64,000 nt of DNA from Clostridia bacterium (GTDB lineage: Bacteria; Bacillota; Clostridia; RGIG7378). The stretch lies in contig JAZNEA010000104.1 of NCBI GenBank assembly GCA_045588325.1, forward strand, positions 1,560 through 65,559, in the 5' to 3' direction. Made by a program: the position numbers and the translations under genes. How positions within the stretch are numbered: position 1 is the first letter of the stretch; every line of letters begins with the position of its first letter. Below the pieces are notes generated by a model. The model ran no database searches. It was given only the letters and a program-made list of their open reading frames with translations, and was not told the DNA's origin. Positions 51,977 through 61,350 of the stretch are shown piece by piece.

Positions 51977-52879
51977 TTATTCCTCATTTGCAAAGAGCTT
52001 TTGGTACAGCTCGATAAGATCGTTGGGATCTCCCTCGAGAGCTGTAACTGCCCTCACCGCCTCTGTGAGGAACAATCTGTCCACCAGTGCAGGATTCTTG
52101 CTTATAAAGCCCTTAATAAAAGATATGGCCCTGTGGTTGCCAACTCTGGCAAAGAGTTCCAGCAAAAAGGGTCTGTCCTGGCTCTCCTTGACGCCCCTCT
52201 TGAGCAATGAATATGCATCCTCGGACCACTCCGGATAGTCAACGATATATCTCAGCAGCGGAGTGTGCATGGCAGTCATGACTGATGCCTCCTTGATATA
52301 CTCCACAACTACTGGACAAATCTCTGTTGCCTGACAATTGTGCAGGGCAGCCACCACAGCATCCTGTACCAATTCCCAATCTGCATCTCCCTGTTCTACC
52401 ATACGGAAGCTGGCCTCATTAAGGCGGAAGATAATATCAAACAAATCCTCATCTCCACATGCTGAATACAGCTTAAGGGCTGTGGCAACCTCTGTGGACT
52501 GGCTGTCAAAATTGATGGTGCAGAAGCGCTTGGTGACGGCTGCCACCTTTGGTGCGTACTCTGTGCCCTTGTATGATGCAACTTTAGCCTCTACAGCATC
52601 GGGCAAAAGGTCCACCAGATACAGCATTGGATCTGACAGGAGTTCCAGGAACATATCTGGCTCCAGGTCTGCAATGTATCCGCTGATAGTCTTGTTATCC
52701 AGGGCCTCCACAGGGTTGGTGTTAAAACACATAACCTCTGCCTCACGCATCTGCAACATGGCCTGCGTCTCTATATCCTCTATATTTTCTCCAGAAAGCT
52801 GCTCCACAATACCCTCAATATGTGTGTCCAGCTGCTGTGTCATCTCCTCGATCGCAGTGAATAAAACATCAAACTTCAT
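51977..52879 (-). CDS. Hypothetical cytoplasmic protein (300 aa)
   Basis: Long ORF in the same orientation as neighbours; no motifs recognised. Confidence 0.5.
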   Translation of the reverse strand: MKFDVLFTAIEEMTQQLDTHIEGIVEQLSGENIEDIETQAMLQMREAEVMCFNTNPVEALDNKTISGYIADLEPDMFLELLSDPMLYLVDLLPDAVEAKVASYKGTEYAPKVAAVTKRFCTINFDSQSTEVATALKLYSACGDEDLFDIIFRLNEASFRMVEQGDADWELVQDAVVAALHNCQATEICPVVVEYIKEASVMTAMHTPLLRYIVDYPEWSEDAYSLLKRGVKESQDRPFLLELFARVGNHRAISFIKGFISKNPALVDRLFLTEAVRAVTALEGDPNDLIELYQKLFANEE

Positions 52880-52893
52880 TGGCAGATATCCTC

Positions 52894-53481
52894 CTAAAAC
52901 TTGCGTCCTGTACGCTTAAAATAGTCATAACCTGACTCCTCCTCATTGGATGCAGGCTTTTTGAGTATGTGGATGTTGATCCACTCATCAACGTCAAACT
53001 TATTAATAGCGCCAATATAGCCCAGACCGCTGACCACAACAGGAACCAACAGTGCTACAAGTCTCAGCCAGATGCTGCCCGAGGCGCCATAGTAAAAATA
53101 CCCTCCGTATGCCACCACAGCCTGAACTAATCCGGCAATATCGGGAGCCACAGTCCAATCATTGGAAGCCGGCAGGAATAACTCGGCAAGCACAATAATT
53201 ATCACAAACGGCAACATGGCAATGGCTCCTGTGACAAATCCCTTTGCCTTGCCCATGGGGCCAACCAAATCATCACGCACTTCTCTGAATGCGCACTTAT
53301 TCACCAGGGAATACACTATGCATATCTGCATGATAAGGGCCAATACTGAGAAAATAGTCAAAGCCCTTGGGCCTAGGGCAAAAAACGGAATACAACCAAA
53401 TATAAAAACTAATATGGACATGCCATATGCCCTGATGGTACTGAACACGGCTGTCTTAACCTGGGAATAAAATGACCTCAT
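52894..53481 (-). CDS. Hypothetical integral membrane protein (195 aa, possibly YesL/DUF624-like)
   Basis: About 5 hydrophobic helices; basic C-terminus. Confidence 0.45.
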   Translation of the reverse strand: MRSFYSQVKTAVFSTIRAYGMSILVFIFGCIPFFALGPRALTIFSVLALIMQICIVYSLVNKCAFREVRDDLVGPMGKAKGFVTGAIAMLPFVIIIVLAELFLPASNDWTVAPDIAGLVQAVVAYGGYFYYGASGSIWLRLVALLVPVVVSGLGYIGAINKFDVDEWINIHILKKPASNEEESGYDYFKRTGRKF

Positions 53482-53555
53482 CTATGCATTCTCCTACTAT
53501 GATATATGTTAAGTTTAATTGCTGGGAGCAATTGTGTAAAGGCATATTTTCTAAG

Positions 53556-53590
53556 TTGGACTTTATGTTTTGATTTGAATGTGCTATACT
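53556..53590 (+). promoter_or_regulatory. Candidate promoter of tRNA-Leu (TTGGAC … extended -10 TGcTATACT)
   Basis: ttggactttatgttttgatttgaatgtgctatact, immediately 5' of the tRNA. Confidence 0.4.
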
Positions 53591-53591
53591 C

Positions 53592-53678
53592 TCTACGTTG
53601 TGCCGCCTTGGTGGAATTGGCAGACACAAGGGACTTAAAATCCCTCGATGTAACAGTCGTACCGGTTCAAGTCCGGTA
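53592..53678 (+). tRNA. tRNA-Leu (anticodon UAA), class II with long variable arm, CCA encoded
   Basis: Acceptor stem GCCGCCT/AGGCGGC, anticodon stem AGGGA/TCCCT with loop CUUAAAA, T-arm ACCGG-TTCAAGT-CCGGT, and 3' ACCA. Confidence 0.85.
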
Positions 53679-53684
53679 GGCGGC

Positions 53685-53712
53685 ACCAGCACATAGCAGG
53701 TCTCAGGGCCTG
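53685..53712 (+). terminator. Intrinsic terminator after tRNA-Leu
   Basis: gcagg tctcaggg cctgc followed by tttttgtttt. Confidence 0.6.
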
Positions 53713-53805
53713 CTTTTTGTTTTCTGACACAGAGTCCCTTTTTTAGCACCGGTTACTGCAATCCCTTACTGACAAGAGAGCCATCTGCTATAATGTGTTA
53801 TAGAG

Positions 53806-54660
53806 GTGATATATATGAAAAGAAACAAAGTCAACATTTTCCTGAGTATAGTAGTAATTTTATTGATAGTAGCAGGTGTGGCCTTTCTCCTATATGATGC
53901 CCTCTACCTCAAAACACCGGACAACAATTTGCCCCGGGCCATCACCACTATTTGTCTGCTTGTAGTAACATTAATCAGGCTTATCAGCGGCTCCAACAGG
54001 GGCAAAAGCCTTAAGTTTTATGAGAAGTTTTACGAGAAAAATTTGGGGACTGCCTTCGAATCCCGACCTCGTTATCGCAGAAAGCTCTTGCAAGCCTGCC
54101 GCCTGTATAATCAGTCCAATTATGACGCCGCTCTTAAGCATTTGTTCAAATTGCTAAAGTATGCAGAGAACAGGAGCGATGCAATAGCAGTTTGGTTATT
54201 TATTGCTCTATGTTTCTCTGACGCCGGTGCAATCCAAAACGCAATCCAGGCCTATCACAAATTATTGGAAATTGAACCAAGCCATGCCACTGCACATAGC
54301 AACTTAGGTCACAGTTATATTGCTTTTGGAGACTTTGATGCGGCACTTAGTCACTACAACAGAGCCATTGAACTTAAGCCTGACAATTATTTCGCTTACC
54401 ATAACAGAGCCAGCTGCTATTTCCGACTAGGTGAATACGATGATGCCATAACCGATGCCAAAAAGGCTCTTGAGTTTAAGAACAACGGCGTAGAGTCTGC
54501 ATGCCTATTGACTATAATCTATGCATTGCTGGGTGATGATGAGAACAAAAAGCATTACTACCATCTCGCCATCGCATCGGGCAAAAATCCTGACGATTTA
54601 AACGCCTCTATAGAGTACTTTTCCAGCGAGAACAATATAGCCTCCCCAGAGGAAGCATAA
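53806..54660 (+). CDS. TPR-repeat protein with N-terminal membrane anchor (284 aa)
   Basis: Two N-terminal TM helices, then several 34-aa TPR-like repeats (…AIQAYHKLLEIEPSHATAHSNLGHSYIAFGDFDAALSHYNRAIELKPDNYFAYHNRASCYFRLGEYDDAI…). Confidence 0.7.
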   Translation: MIYMKRNKVNIFLSIVVILLIVAGVAFLLYDALYLKTPDNNLPRAITTICLLVVTLIRLISGSNRGKSLKFYEKFYEKNLGTAFESRPRYRRKLLQACRLYNQSNYDAALKHLFKLLKYAENRSDAIAVWLFIALCFSDAGAIQNAIQAYHKLLEIEPSHATAHSNLGHSYIAFGDFDAALSHYNRAIELKPDNYFAYHNRASCYFRLGEYDDAITDAKKALEFKNNGVESACLLTIIYALLGDDENKKHYYHLAIASGKNPDDLNASIEYFSSENNIASPEEA

Positions 54661-54681
54661 GTTCTGCCTATCTGATCAATT

Positions 54682-55428
54682 TTATTGTTGTGGAAATGAG
54701 CGCACTACAAGTCCTGGCTTGCCATACTCAAATGGGCTCCCGTCCACCATGCTGTATGAGCAGCCCGCCTCTGTAGCAATAAGCAGACCTGGGGCGATGT
54801 CCCAAATCTTGTGGTAGTAGGTAATATACATCTGAGCATTGCTGTTTGCCATCATGGCAAAATCCACGCATGCGGCGCCAAAATGCCTGGTCTTAAGGAA
54901 CTTACCCTGCAAGGACTTGACCACCTTAAACTGGTCATCCATGGGTATATCTATGTTGTCGTAATAGTCGCTGATAATAAGTATGCCATCCTTAGGGGCA
55001 ATGTCCCTGTTTACCATAATTCTCTGGCCATTTTTGTAGGCACCTTGACCCTTTTGCGCTGTGTACATGTCTCCGCTAGTGGGAAAATACATGACTGACG
55101 CCACGCACGTCTCCCCCTCAAAGAGGGCCATCTGCACGCCGTACAAATCAATACCTGCAGCATAATTGCAGGTGCCATCAATGGGGTCTATAACAATGGT
55201 AGTCCCCTCCAGCTCCGCATCCGGGTTGTATTCCTCGCTGATTATATTCACATCCGGGCAAAGCTCCCTCAGCCGGCGGATTATCAGATTCTCCGTGTCC
55301 AGGTCGTTTTGCGTCAACAAGTCATTGCGTGTCTTGTGCTCCACAACTCGGACCGTCTGGCATAACAGTTCCTGCCCTGCCTCATGGGCGACGGACGCCA
55401 TTATCCCCAATATTTTCAAATTGTTCAT
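54682..55428 (-). CDS. Inositol-monophosphatase-family (IMPase/SuhB/CysQ-like) phosphatase
   Basis: Motifs ISEE, VIDPIDGT and WDIAPG present; 248 aa. Its start codon overlaps the stop of the upstream TIR-NACHT gene (ATGA). Confidence 0.8.
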   Translation of the reverse strand: MNNLKILGIMASVAHEAGQELLCQTVRVVEHKTRNDLLTQNDLDTENLIIRRLRELCPDVNIISEEYNPDAELEGTTIVIDPIDGTCNYAAGIDLYGVQMALFEGETCVASVMYFPTSGDMYTAQKGQGAYKNGQRIMVNRDIAPKDGILIISDYYDNIDIPMDDQFKVVKSLQGKFLKTRHFGAACVDFAMMANSNAQMYITYYHKIWDIAPGLLIATEAGCSYSMVDGSPFEYGKPGLVVRSFPQQ

Positions 55429-58271
55429 ACCGTCTCTCCGATTCGCAATACAGACTCAATGTATTCTATCCAGCGATCGATGTGCTCATTTTCTTCGTTG
55501 TCCAGCATGACGCGCTTGGACAACAACTTGGACAATCTCTCTGCCACCATATTGCACTCTGCCTTTTCCAGATAGGCATCAATCTCGTCGTAAATGTCCG
55601 CTCCTGCCACAGCGCATTTCAGTCCCTCCTCGCATACGGTCACGTCGTCCCCATGATTTACAAGGGCATCCAGCGCCAGCAAGAAGTTGATCTGTCCCTT
55701 ATCGTACTTGCCAGAAGCCTCTTTGAGCAGCACCCGCAGTTCATCGCGAACACCCTGGGACGACCGCTCCATTATGCGCAGGAACTGTGTGGTGTACTGG
55801 AAACGAATATAGTATCTGTCCACGGTGTTTCTGTTTTCCAGATATATCTCCTCCGCCTTGTCCAGGCAGTCCTCTGCAGCCTCATACTCCTCCTGCCAGA
55901 TATAGCCATATGCCGAAACCCTGTAATCCTCTGCCAAAAACAGCTTGTTTGACGTACGCTTGTCTCCGTCGGGCATCTCGTCAATCTTGCGGGACAGAAT
56001 CTTCACTGCCTTGCGGCAACTCTTGTTGCTCTCGTCAAACCTCAATGTGCTCAGGTAGATTTTGCCGGTGATAAGGTGGGCCAAAGACAGCTCAAACTCG
56101 GCGTCGCTATATGGATTCTCCTCCTCATCTACGGCCAGCTCCGCATATTCTATGCCTCGTTCAAAGCTCTCCAGCGCCTCGTCAAACCTGACCAATTTTC
56201 TCTCGGACAGTCCCTTGACATTGTAAATCTCCGAAAGAATGGCGGAGGTCATCTGCTCCTGTCCCTCTAACTGCAACAGTGCCTCTGCCCTCTTTATGGC
56301 CTTGGCGAAATCCTCCACTATGTAATAGTAGAATACCTTGCCAACCTCGCCCTCCAGGCCCCAGTCTCTGTTGTCCCTGCGAAGGGCTATTGAGAGGCCC
56401 AGGTCCTTGAGCTTAAAGAATTTGCCGGAGTTGTACAGCAGTCTCCTGTGCTCCGAGAATATCCTGATAAATGTGTCAGATGTCAGGTGATCTGTACACA
56501 GGCTCTGGTCGTGCTGATGCAATTTGTCTATCTGACTCAAGTAATTGTCCAACCCGGAGTCGAACTCAAAGAAGTCAATTATGTTTTGCTGGAGGTCATG
56601 GTCCTTAAGTATTTCGGCCAACCTCTTAAAATTGCCCAATTCAATCAGAACAGCCCCAAAATACTTGAGAACATACTTGTTGTTCTGCCACTGGTTGTCG
56701 GCGTACACCTGCTCCACGTATGTCAGCAGTCGCTTATAGCCGTTCTTGCGGCTGATAAAATACACCTGGTCGATATCGTCGCTGGTAAGCCAATCAATAA
56801 TGGACTTGTGCAAAGGCTCGATAAACTTGTCCTTAAGAGGGAACAAGCTGCAGATTGCGGCCAAAATGCGCTTGACATAATACTCGTCCCACCCAAAGAA
56901 GTCCTCCAGGAATGATATCTCTGTAGGTTCCTGCTCGATGCACAGGAACTCCAACAAAGGCTTGACCTCCTCAAAGGAAACAAGATTGTCGCTGCTATTA
57001 TTGAAGATTCGGGAGAAACAGTCGTTGAAAAATCCGTAGATACCAACTGGGAACACGTTTATGTCCCCCAGGGAGAGGTTATCGTCCCTAATCTGCTTAA
57101 CAATCTCTCTGGCGTACAGGAACGAGCCCTCTGACTTGTTGATAAGGATCTCTATCTGGTGCGACCCGGCCTCTGGGAACTGTTTGGTGTAATACTCCCT
57201 AAGATCCTCCTGGGTTTGGGCCTCTGACAGGACGAAAACCTGGGAGATCGGCTTGAGAATCCTGCTGACCTCTGGTTCGTTCCTGCTGGTGAGCACGAAC
57301 TTGAGCCACCAGGGCAACGACTCCCTCGTCCTCTGCAAAATTGAACAAATCTCGTTCCGGCCCATGCCTGAGCACTCATCAAGGGCGTCAATTATGACCA
57401 TCAGCGGCTTGCGATGCTCCAACTTGGCCATAGGCTCTATAATGAGGTATTCGAATATGCGGGTGGCGTTTTTCTCAAAGAGCTTGTCCAGTTCCATAAG
57501 GTTAAGGAGCCTGTCCTTATACTCCGGAATGGCCTCTGCCAGCTGATACGCTACAGATGTAATGATTACCTTGGGATTTACCCTGTCGGAGTTGTTGAAC
57601 CTGCAGAAATGCAAAGCTCCCACCATATCTGGGTAACGCCATGTCAGCATGCTGGATATGGCTGTCTTGCCTGTACCTGGACCTGCGTTCAACCAGAACA
57701 CATTGTTGTTGCTGGTCATAAACTTCTCTACAGCATCGAACACGTCACGGCGGCCACTGAATCCTGTGTAGTAGCCATATGTAAGCTCCTTGGACGAGAT
57801 GGGTTTAAGACTGCTGCGCAGGCGGATCTCTGAGTCAGAAAAGCCCAGCCTGACCTTGCCAGACAAAATCTCAAACAGCTTAGTCAGAACCTTGCGGTAT
57901 TCGGAATCCACCAAATTCCCATCCGGGTCAATGGCGCTAATCAGGCTCAGCCTCTGCTTTTTGTTAATGCTGAGGGGAACTGTAGAATTATCAAGGCAGA
58001 TGGGGATGATCTCGGACTGAACCTCACCTGCACGGCAGAGTTCGTTAAGGCAGTATCCATCGTGGGATACGGAGCGGGCAGAAACCATAAACAAAAAATA
58101 TCTGCAGGCCAGTATATGCTCGTCGATAATCCTCTCCCAGTCGCCCTTGTGCAGGTAGTCCACATCCAGGAATACCTCTATACCATATGTGCGCAGATCA
58201 TCTGCCAAACGCTTGACCACCTGGTCGTGATGACCATGTCCGTAACTGATAAATACCTTGATATTATCCAT
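55425..58271 (-). CDS. TIR-NACHT(STAND NTPase)-TPR protein, bacterial NLR-like; candidate antiphage defence effector (948 aa)
   Basis: N-terminal TIR fold (KVFISYGHGHHDQ…FLFMVSARSVSHDGYCLNELCRAGE, with the conserved xCLxEL glutamate). Walker A LNAGPGTGKTA; NACHT-type Walker B MVIIDALDEC; sensor-1 FVLTSRNE. About 500 aa of helical/TPR-like repeats follow. Confidence 0.8.
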   Translation of the reverse strand: MDNIKVFISYGHGHHDQVVKRLADDLRTYGIEVFLDVDYLHKGDWERIIDEHILACRYFLFMVSARSVSHDGYCLNELCRAGEVQSEIIPICLDNSTVPLSINKKQRLSLISAIDPDGNLVDSEYRKVLTKLFEILSGKVRLGFSDSEIRLRSSLKPISSKELTYGYYTGFSGRRDVFDAVEKFMTSNNNVFWLNAGPGTGKTAISSMLTWRYPDMVGALHFCRFNNSDRVNPKVIITSVAYQLAEAIPEYKDRLLNLMELDKLFEKNATRIFEYLIIEPMAKLEHRKPLMVIIDALDECSGMGRNEICSILQRTRESLPWWLKFVLTSRNEPEVSRILKPISQVFVLSEAQTQEDLREYYTKQFPEAGSHQIEILINKSEGSFLYAREIVKQIRDDNLSLGDINVFPVGIYGFFNDCFSRIFNNSSDNLVSFEEVKPLLEFLCIEQEPTEISFLEDFFGWDEYYVKRILAAICSLFPLKDKFIEPLHKSIIDWLTSDDIDQVYFISRKNGYKRLLTYVEQVYADNQWQNNKYVLKYFGAVLIELGNFKRLAEILKDHDLQQNIIDFFEFDSGLDNYLSQIDKLHQHDQSLCTDHLTSDTFIRIFSEHRRLLYNSGKFFKLKDLGLSIALRRDNRDWGLEGEVGKVFYYYIVEDFAKAIKRAEALLQLEGQEQMTSAILSEIYNVKGLSERKLVRFDEALESFERGIEYAELAVDEEENPYSDAEFELSLAHLITGKIYLSTLRFDESNKSCRKAVKILSRKIDEMPDGDKRTSNKLFLAEDYRVSAYGYIWQEEYEAAEDCLDKAEEIYLENRNTVDRYYIRFQYTTQFLRIMERSSQGVRDELRVLLKEASGKYDKGQINFLLALDALVNHGDDVTVCEEGLKCAVAGADIYDEIDAYLEKAECNMVAERLSKLLSKRVMLDNEENEHIDRWIEYIESVLRIGETV

Positions 58272-58389
58272 TAGTCCCTCTGTCTATATCTGTGATAATT
58301 TTATATTTAAAATGTAGAGCCTTGACCTGGAAAAGTCAACCAAATGAAGGAATGTCTCCCCGACATCTGCCACGTCCCATGCTCATCGC

Positions 58390-59142
58390 CTAGCCCAACA
58401 GCACATCTGTTATGAGCATTACGCAAAATCCAACTAGCAAGGCGTATGTGGCGCCCCTCTCGTTGCCGTGGGAATGGGTCTCTGGTATCATCTCGTCGCT
58501 GATAACATACAACATGGTGCCTCCTGCAAACGCTAGCGCAAATGGCAAAATAGCGCTGGAAATGCTGACTGCAAAGTAGCCTATAAGCGTACCCACAACC
58601 TCCACCAGGCCTGTGCCCATGGCTACCAGAAATGTCTTCTTAGGAGAGACTCCTGCTGCCAGCATGGGGCCAATAATAACCATGCCCTCAGGTATATTCT
58701 GAAGGGCAATACCGCCGGCAATAATTAACGCCTGGGACGTATCACCAGAGCCAAATCCAACGCCTGCCGCAATGCCCTCCGGCAAATTGTGAATGGCAAT
58801 AGCCATAACAAACAGCAGTATCTTATCCAAATTGCCATTGTTATGTGGCTCAGTATCCGCATCCACCATCCTGTGCATGTGGGGGACCAGCTTGTCTATA
58901 AGGTTAAGGCAAACAGCGCCAGCAAAAATGCCCCCAACTGTCATGAGTAGTCCCCATTTGCCACCATACTCCAACGACGGGATAATAAGGCCCAACACCG
59001 CTGCCGCCAACATAACTCCTGCAGCAAACGACAGAACTATATCTGAAAACTTATGGGATATCCTCCTAAAAATAAAGCCTATGGCTGCGCCTACAACTGT
59101 GGCTCCACCAACGCCTATGGCTGTTAACAAAACTTCTTTCAT
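58390..59142 (-). CDS. ZIP-family divalent metal transporter (ZupT-like)
   Basis: HNLPEG and HSHG-type metal-binding motifs across 8 TM helices. Confidence 0.85.
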   Translation of the reverse strand: MKEVLLTAIGVGGATVVGAAIGFIFRRISHKFSDIVLSFAAGVMLAAAVLGLIIPSLEYGGKWGLLMTVGGIFAGAVCLNLIDKLVPHMHRMVDADTEPHNNGNLDKILLFVMAIAIHNLPEGIAAGVGFGSGDTSQALIIAGGIALQNIPEGMVIIGPMLAAGVSPKKTFLVAMGTGLVEVVGTLIGYFAVSISSAILPFALAFAGGTMLYVISDEMIPETHSHGNERGATYALLVGFCVMLITDVLLG

Positions 59143-59446
59143 ATTAATCCCTTGATAAATTATATTTGATTCGATTTTACCCTATTCCGATTGGTTTTTG
59201 AACAGCAAAATCGTCCATGCGTCAGACATTTTCCCATCATAGAGGTCATTTAATGTTGTCGGAGGGCAATGCCGATTTCCGATATTACCAACAGTTGCTC
59301 TGGGAGACCAATGGAAATACAGCTGAGCTCAAAAAGGCTGTTTTGAGGAATCGCTACTCTATTCGTCAACAGGGTCGTAATTACCTAGAAAACAAACCCG
59401 TGCCATTCTAGGCAAGGCGCCTTCTGATCAAAAAGAAAACGAGATG

Positions 59447-59617
59447 GATTACTTATGTCCGTAATTAATACGGTTATAGTTATAAAGCTAGAATCTCAAT
59501 GAAAAACAAAGGCCAGAGCAGGATTTTAAAACCTGACCTGGCCTGGTTAACTATAGTGAGTTTATACCATGGATTCAATAGTTCCTGTTCTATGCAAATA
59601 GCATCACAGAGGGTGTT
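59447..59617. repeat. Direct repeat copy A (about 175 bp, about 88% identical to copy B)
   Basis: …tatagttataaagctagaatctcaatgaaaaacaaaggcc…aaaacctgacctggcctggttaactatagtgagtttataccatggattcaatagttcctgttcta…atcacagagggtgtt, aligned by eye to 62441-62616. Confidence 0.7.
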
Positions 59618-59660
59618 GCACATTTTCATTGCAACTGAAGAATCAGGCGCCTTCATTTTA

Positions 59661-59963
59661 CTACCACTCTATACTCCTAAAATCAGAGACAAACTTTGTA
59701 TGCTGTTTCAGAATTATTGCCCTTCGTTTTCCTTTACAATAATAATTGTTTAGCCATTTTACAAATCCAACTGTCTCTAAAATGGGGGAAAGTTCTCCAT
59801 TTATATTCTCCCAATAATCCGAATCATCCTTAGGTGCTTTGTCAGCAACCCAGAAACTATGTTCGTAAGCAATTTTTATAATAATGGCACTCAACTCCCT
59901 TGGTATTGCAATAATATCAACGTCGTTATAATCATCCTCGAATATGATATTTATTCTTTCCAT
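59661..59963 (-). CDS. Hypothetical 100-aa protein, possible orphan immunity protein of the RHS cluster
   Basis: Good RBS (AGGAGAA), acidic small protein directly downstream of an RHS C-terminal fragment. Confidence 0.4.
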   Translation of the reverse strand: MERINIIFEDDYNDVDIIAIPRELSAIIIKIAYEHSFWVADKAPKDDSDYWENINGELSPILETVGFVKWLNNYYCKGKRRAIILKQHTKFVSDFRSIEW

Positions 59964-59984
59964 AGGCGTTCTCCTATTTTACTT

Positions 59985-60480
59985 CTATCCTTCCATCGGG
60001 AAAGATTCTCCTCCCTGCAGGTTGGTTACTACATAGTATGTATCTTTCAAGCTTCCCTGAATATATTGTATGGCCTCTAACCCTGTCTGTCCATACTGGA
60101 AATACAACTGCAGATTGCTGCATCTGTAATTATAGCTTAGGCAAATCACTATCCTTAAGATTGTAATGTTTTCTATTTGGCGATATATATGCACATCCAG
60201 ACTTAAGACAGGGAGTAATATCTCCGTCTAATATATTCATACTTATGGCCGTATGAGAAGGTGATACTGCCACCATTAGAGGTGTTATTGCCATCTCCGT
60301 ATGTTATCTTGGTTAAGTTCTGGTTAGAGTCATAGGTGTAATTAGCTCTCTTGTAATGAACTTCTTCATATCCAATATAGCTAATACCAGTTAATAACTG
60401 TGTAGAGCTATTATAGTAGAACCTATATTCGCGCTGATTACCATCGCATATGTAATCATCAAATCATTAGATAGTACCTC
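59985..60480 (-). pseudogene. Orphan RHS/YD-repeat C-terminal fragment, disrupted by stop codons
   Basis: Minus-strand translation gives …YRFYYNSSTQLLTGISYIGYEEVHYKRANYTYDSNQNLTKITYGDGNNTSNGGSITFSYGHKY…, preceded by two stops, with further frame breaks toward 59985. Confidence 0.55.
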
Positions 60481-60576
60481 CAACTATATTCTCTAGTTGC
60501 AACCCATTATCGTTATATAGATTTACTGTCACAGCTATGACACTATACATTCTTATTATTTGAGAAAAACGCAAAA

Positions 60577-60612
60577 AGGAGGCCGACTTCAAAACGAAGT
60601 CGGCTCACAAGC
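60577..60612 (-). terminator. Intrinsic terminator downstream of the immunity-like lipoprotein gene
   Basis: GCCGACUUC-GUUUU-GAAGUCGGC hairpin followed by a U-rich tract on the minus strand. Confidence 0.65.
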
Positions 60613-60748
60613 TTTATTTGATTTGATCTGTTGTAATTTATAAACTCTGCGTGCTGTATGTTTTAAAACATTAACTTTATTACATTTTCTCATATAGTAT
60701 CACATGAGGGGACACAATTTTGACGTAGTCCTCTCCTATATTCTCGAA

Positions 60749-61258
60749 TCACTCCTCATACCATATTCTAAGGACTCTACCATCCTTTTTCTGTATAGCT
60801 ATGTTGCACTCATCCCCGATTACAACTTCATCAAGAGATTCCCAAGATTCCCAAAAAGTTACTATCCAAATTTCATCCATTTCATCAAAAAAGACCGCCT
60901 GTACAGCATATCTAGAATATCTATCTGGTTTTTCCATACCATTAAAAACTGCCTGTGCTATGCTAATTGCCACTTCCCTCGTAGAAACTACGTCTCCATA
61001 ATAAGTCCCCATATTTTCCTCCCAGTTTTTATTAGGAAAAATACCCGACTCATAATCTATCATTGTATTCTCTGAATCTCCTTCCATCACATTATTATCT
61101 GTTGTACCGTTTTTCTCTGGTTCTACTGTTGGTGCAGCCGTGGGTGTTGGTTCTGCTGTTGGTGCAGTCGCAATATCTTGTGTTGTTATGTTGCTTTTAC
61201 ATGCTGTGAAAGCAACCACCATAGAAACCACAAAAATTACTGCTAATATTTTCTTCAT
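60749..61258 (-). CDS. Lipoprotein (169 aa), candidate cognate immunity protein, possibly NTF2-like fold
   Basis: Signal peptide with lipobox (AFTAC), Pro/Thr linker, compact C-terminal domain. Sits immediately 3' of the RHS toxin tip. Confidence 0.55.
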   Translation of the reverse strand: MKKILAVIFVVSMVVAFTACKSNITTQDIATAPTAEPTPTAAPTVEPEKNGTTDNNVMEGDSENTMIDYESGIFPNKNWEENMGTYYGDVVSTREVAISIAQAVFNGMEKPDRYSRYAVQAVFFDEMDEIWIVTFWESWESLDEVVIGDECNIAIQKKDGRVLRIWYEE

Positions 61259-61350
61259 ATAACCTCCTTGCTAATACGTTGGCCATGGTTTATTTTTACA
61301 AATAAATGAACATCCTTCCTGTAAATGATTGTACCATGATGATTGAAATT

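Noticed and set aside
59217-59411. Plus-strand 64-aa ORF (MRQTFSHHRGHLMLSEG…) upstream of repeat copy A
   Set aside because: No Shine-Dalgarno sequence and no recognisable domain. Located in the ZIP transporter upstream region; likely spurious.
59499-59753. Plus-strand ORFs beginning inside the two direct repeats (59499-59753 and 62449-63495)
   Set aside because: The second is antisense to the well-supported trpB2 gene. The similarity between the two is at DNA level (non-coding repeat), not a conserved protein family.
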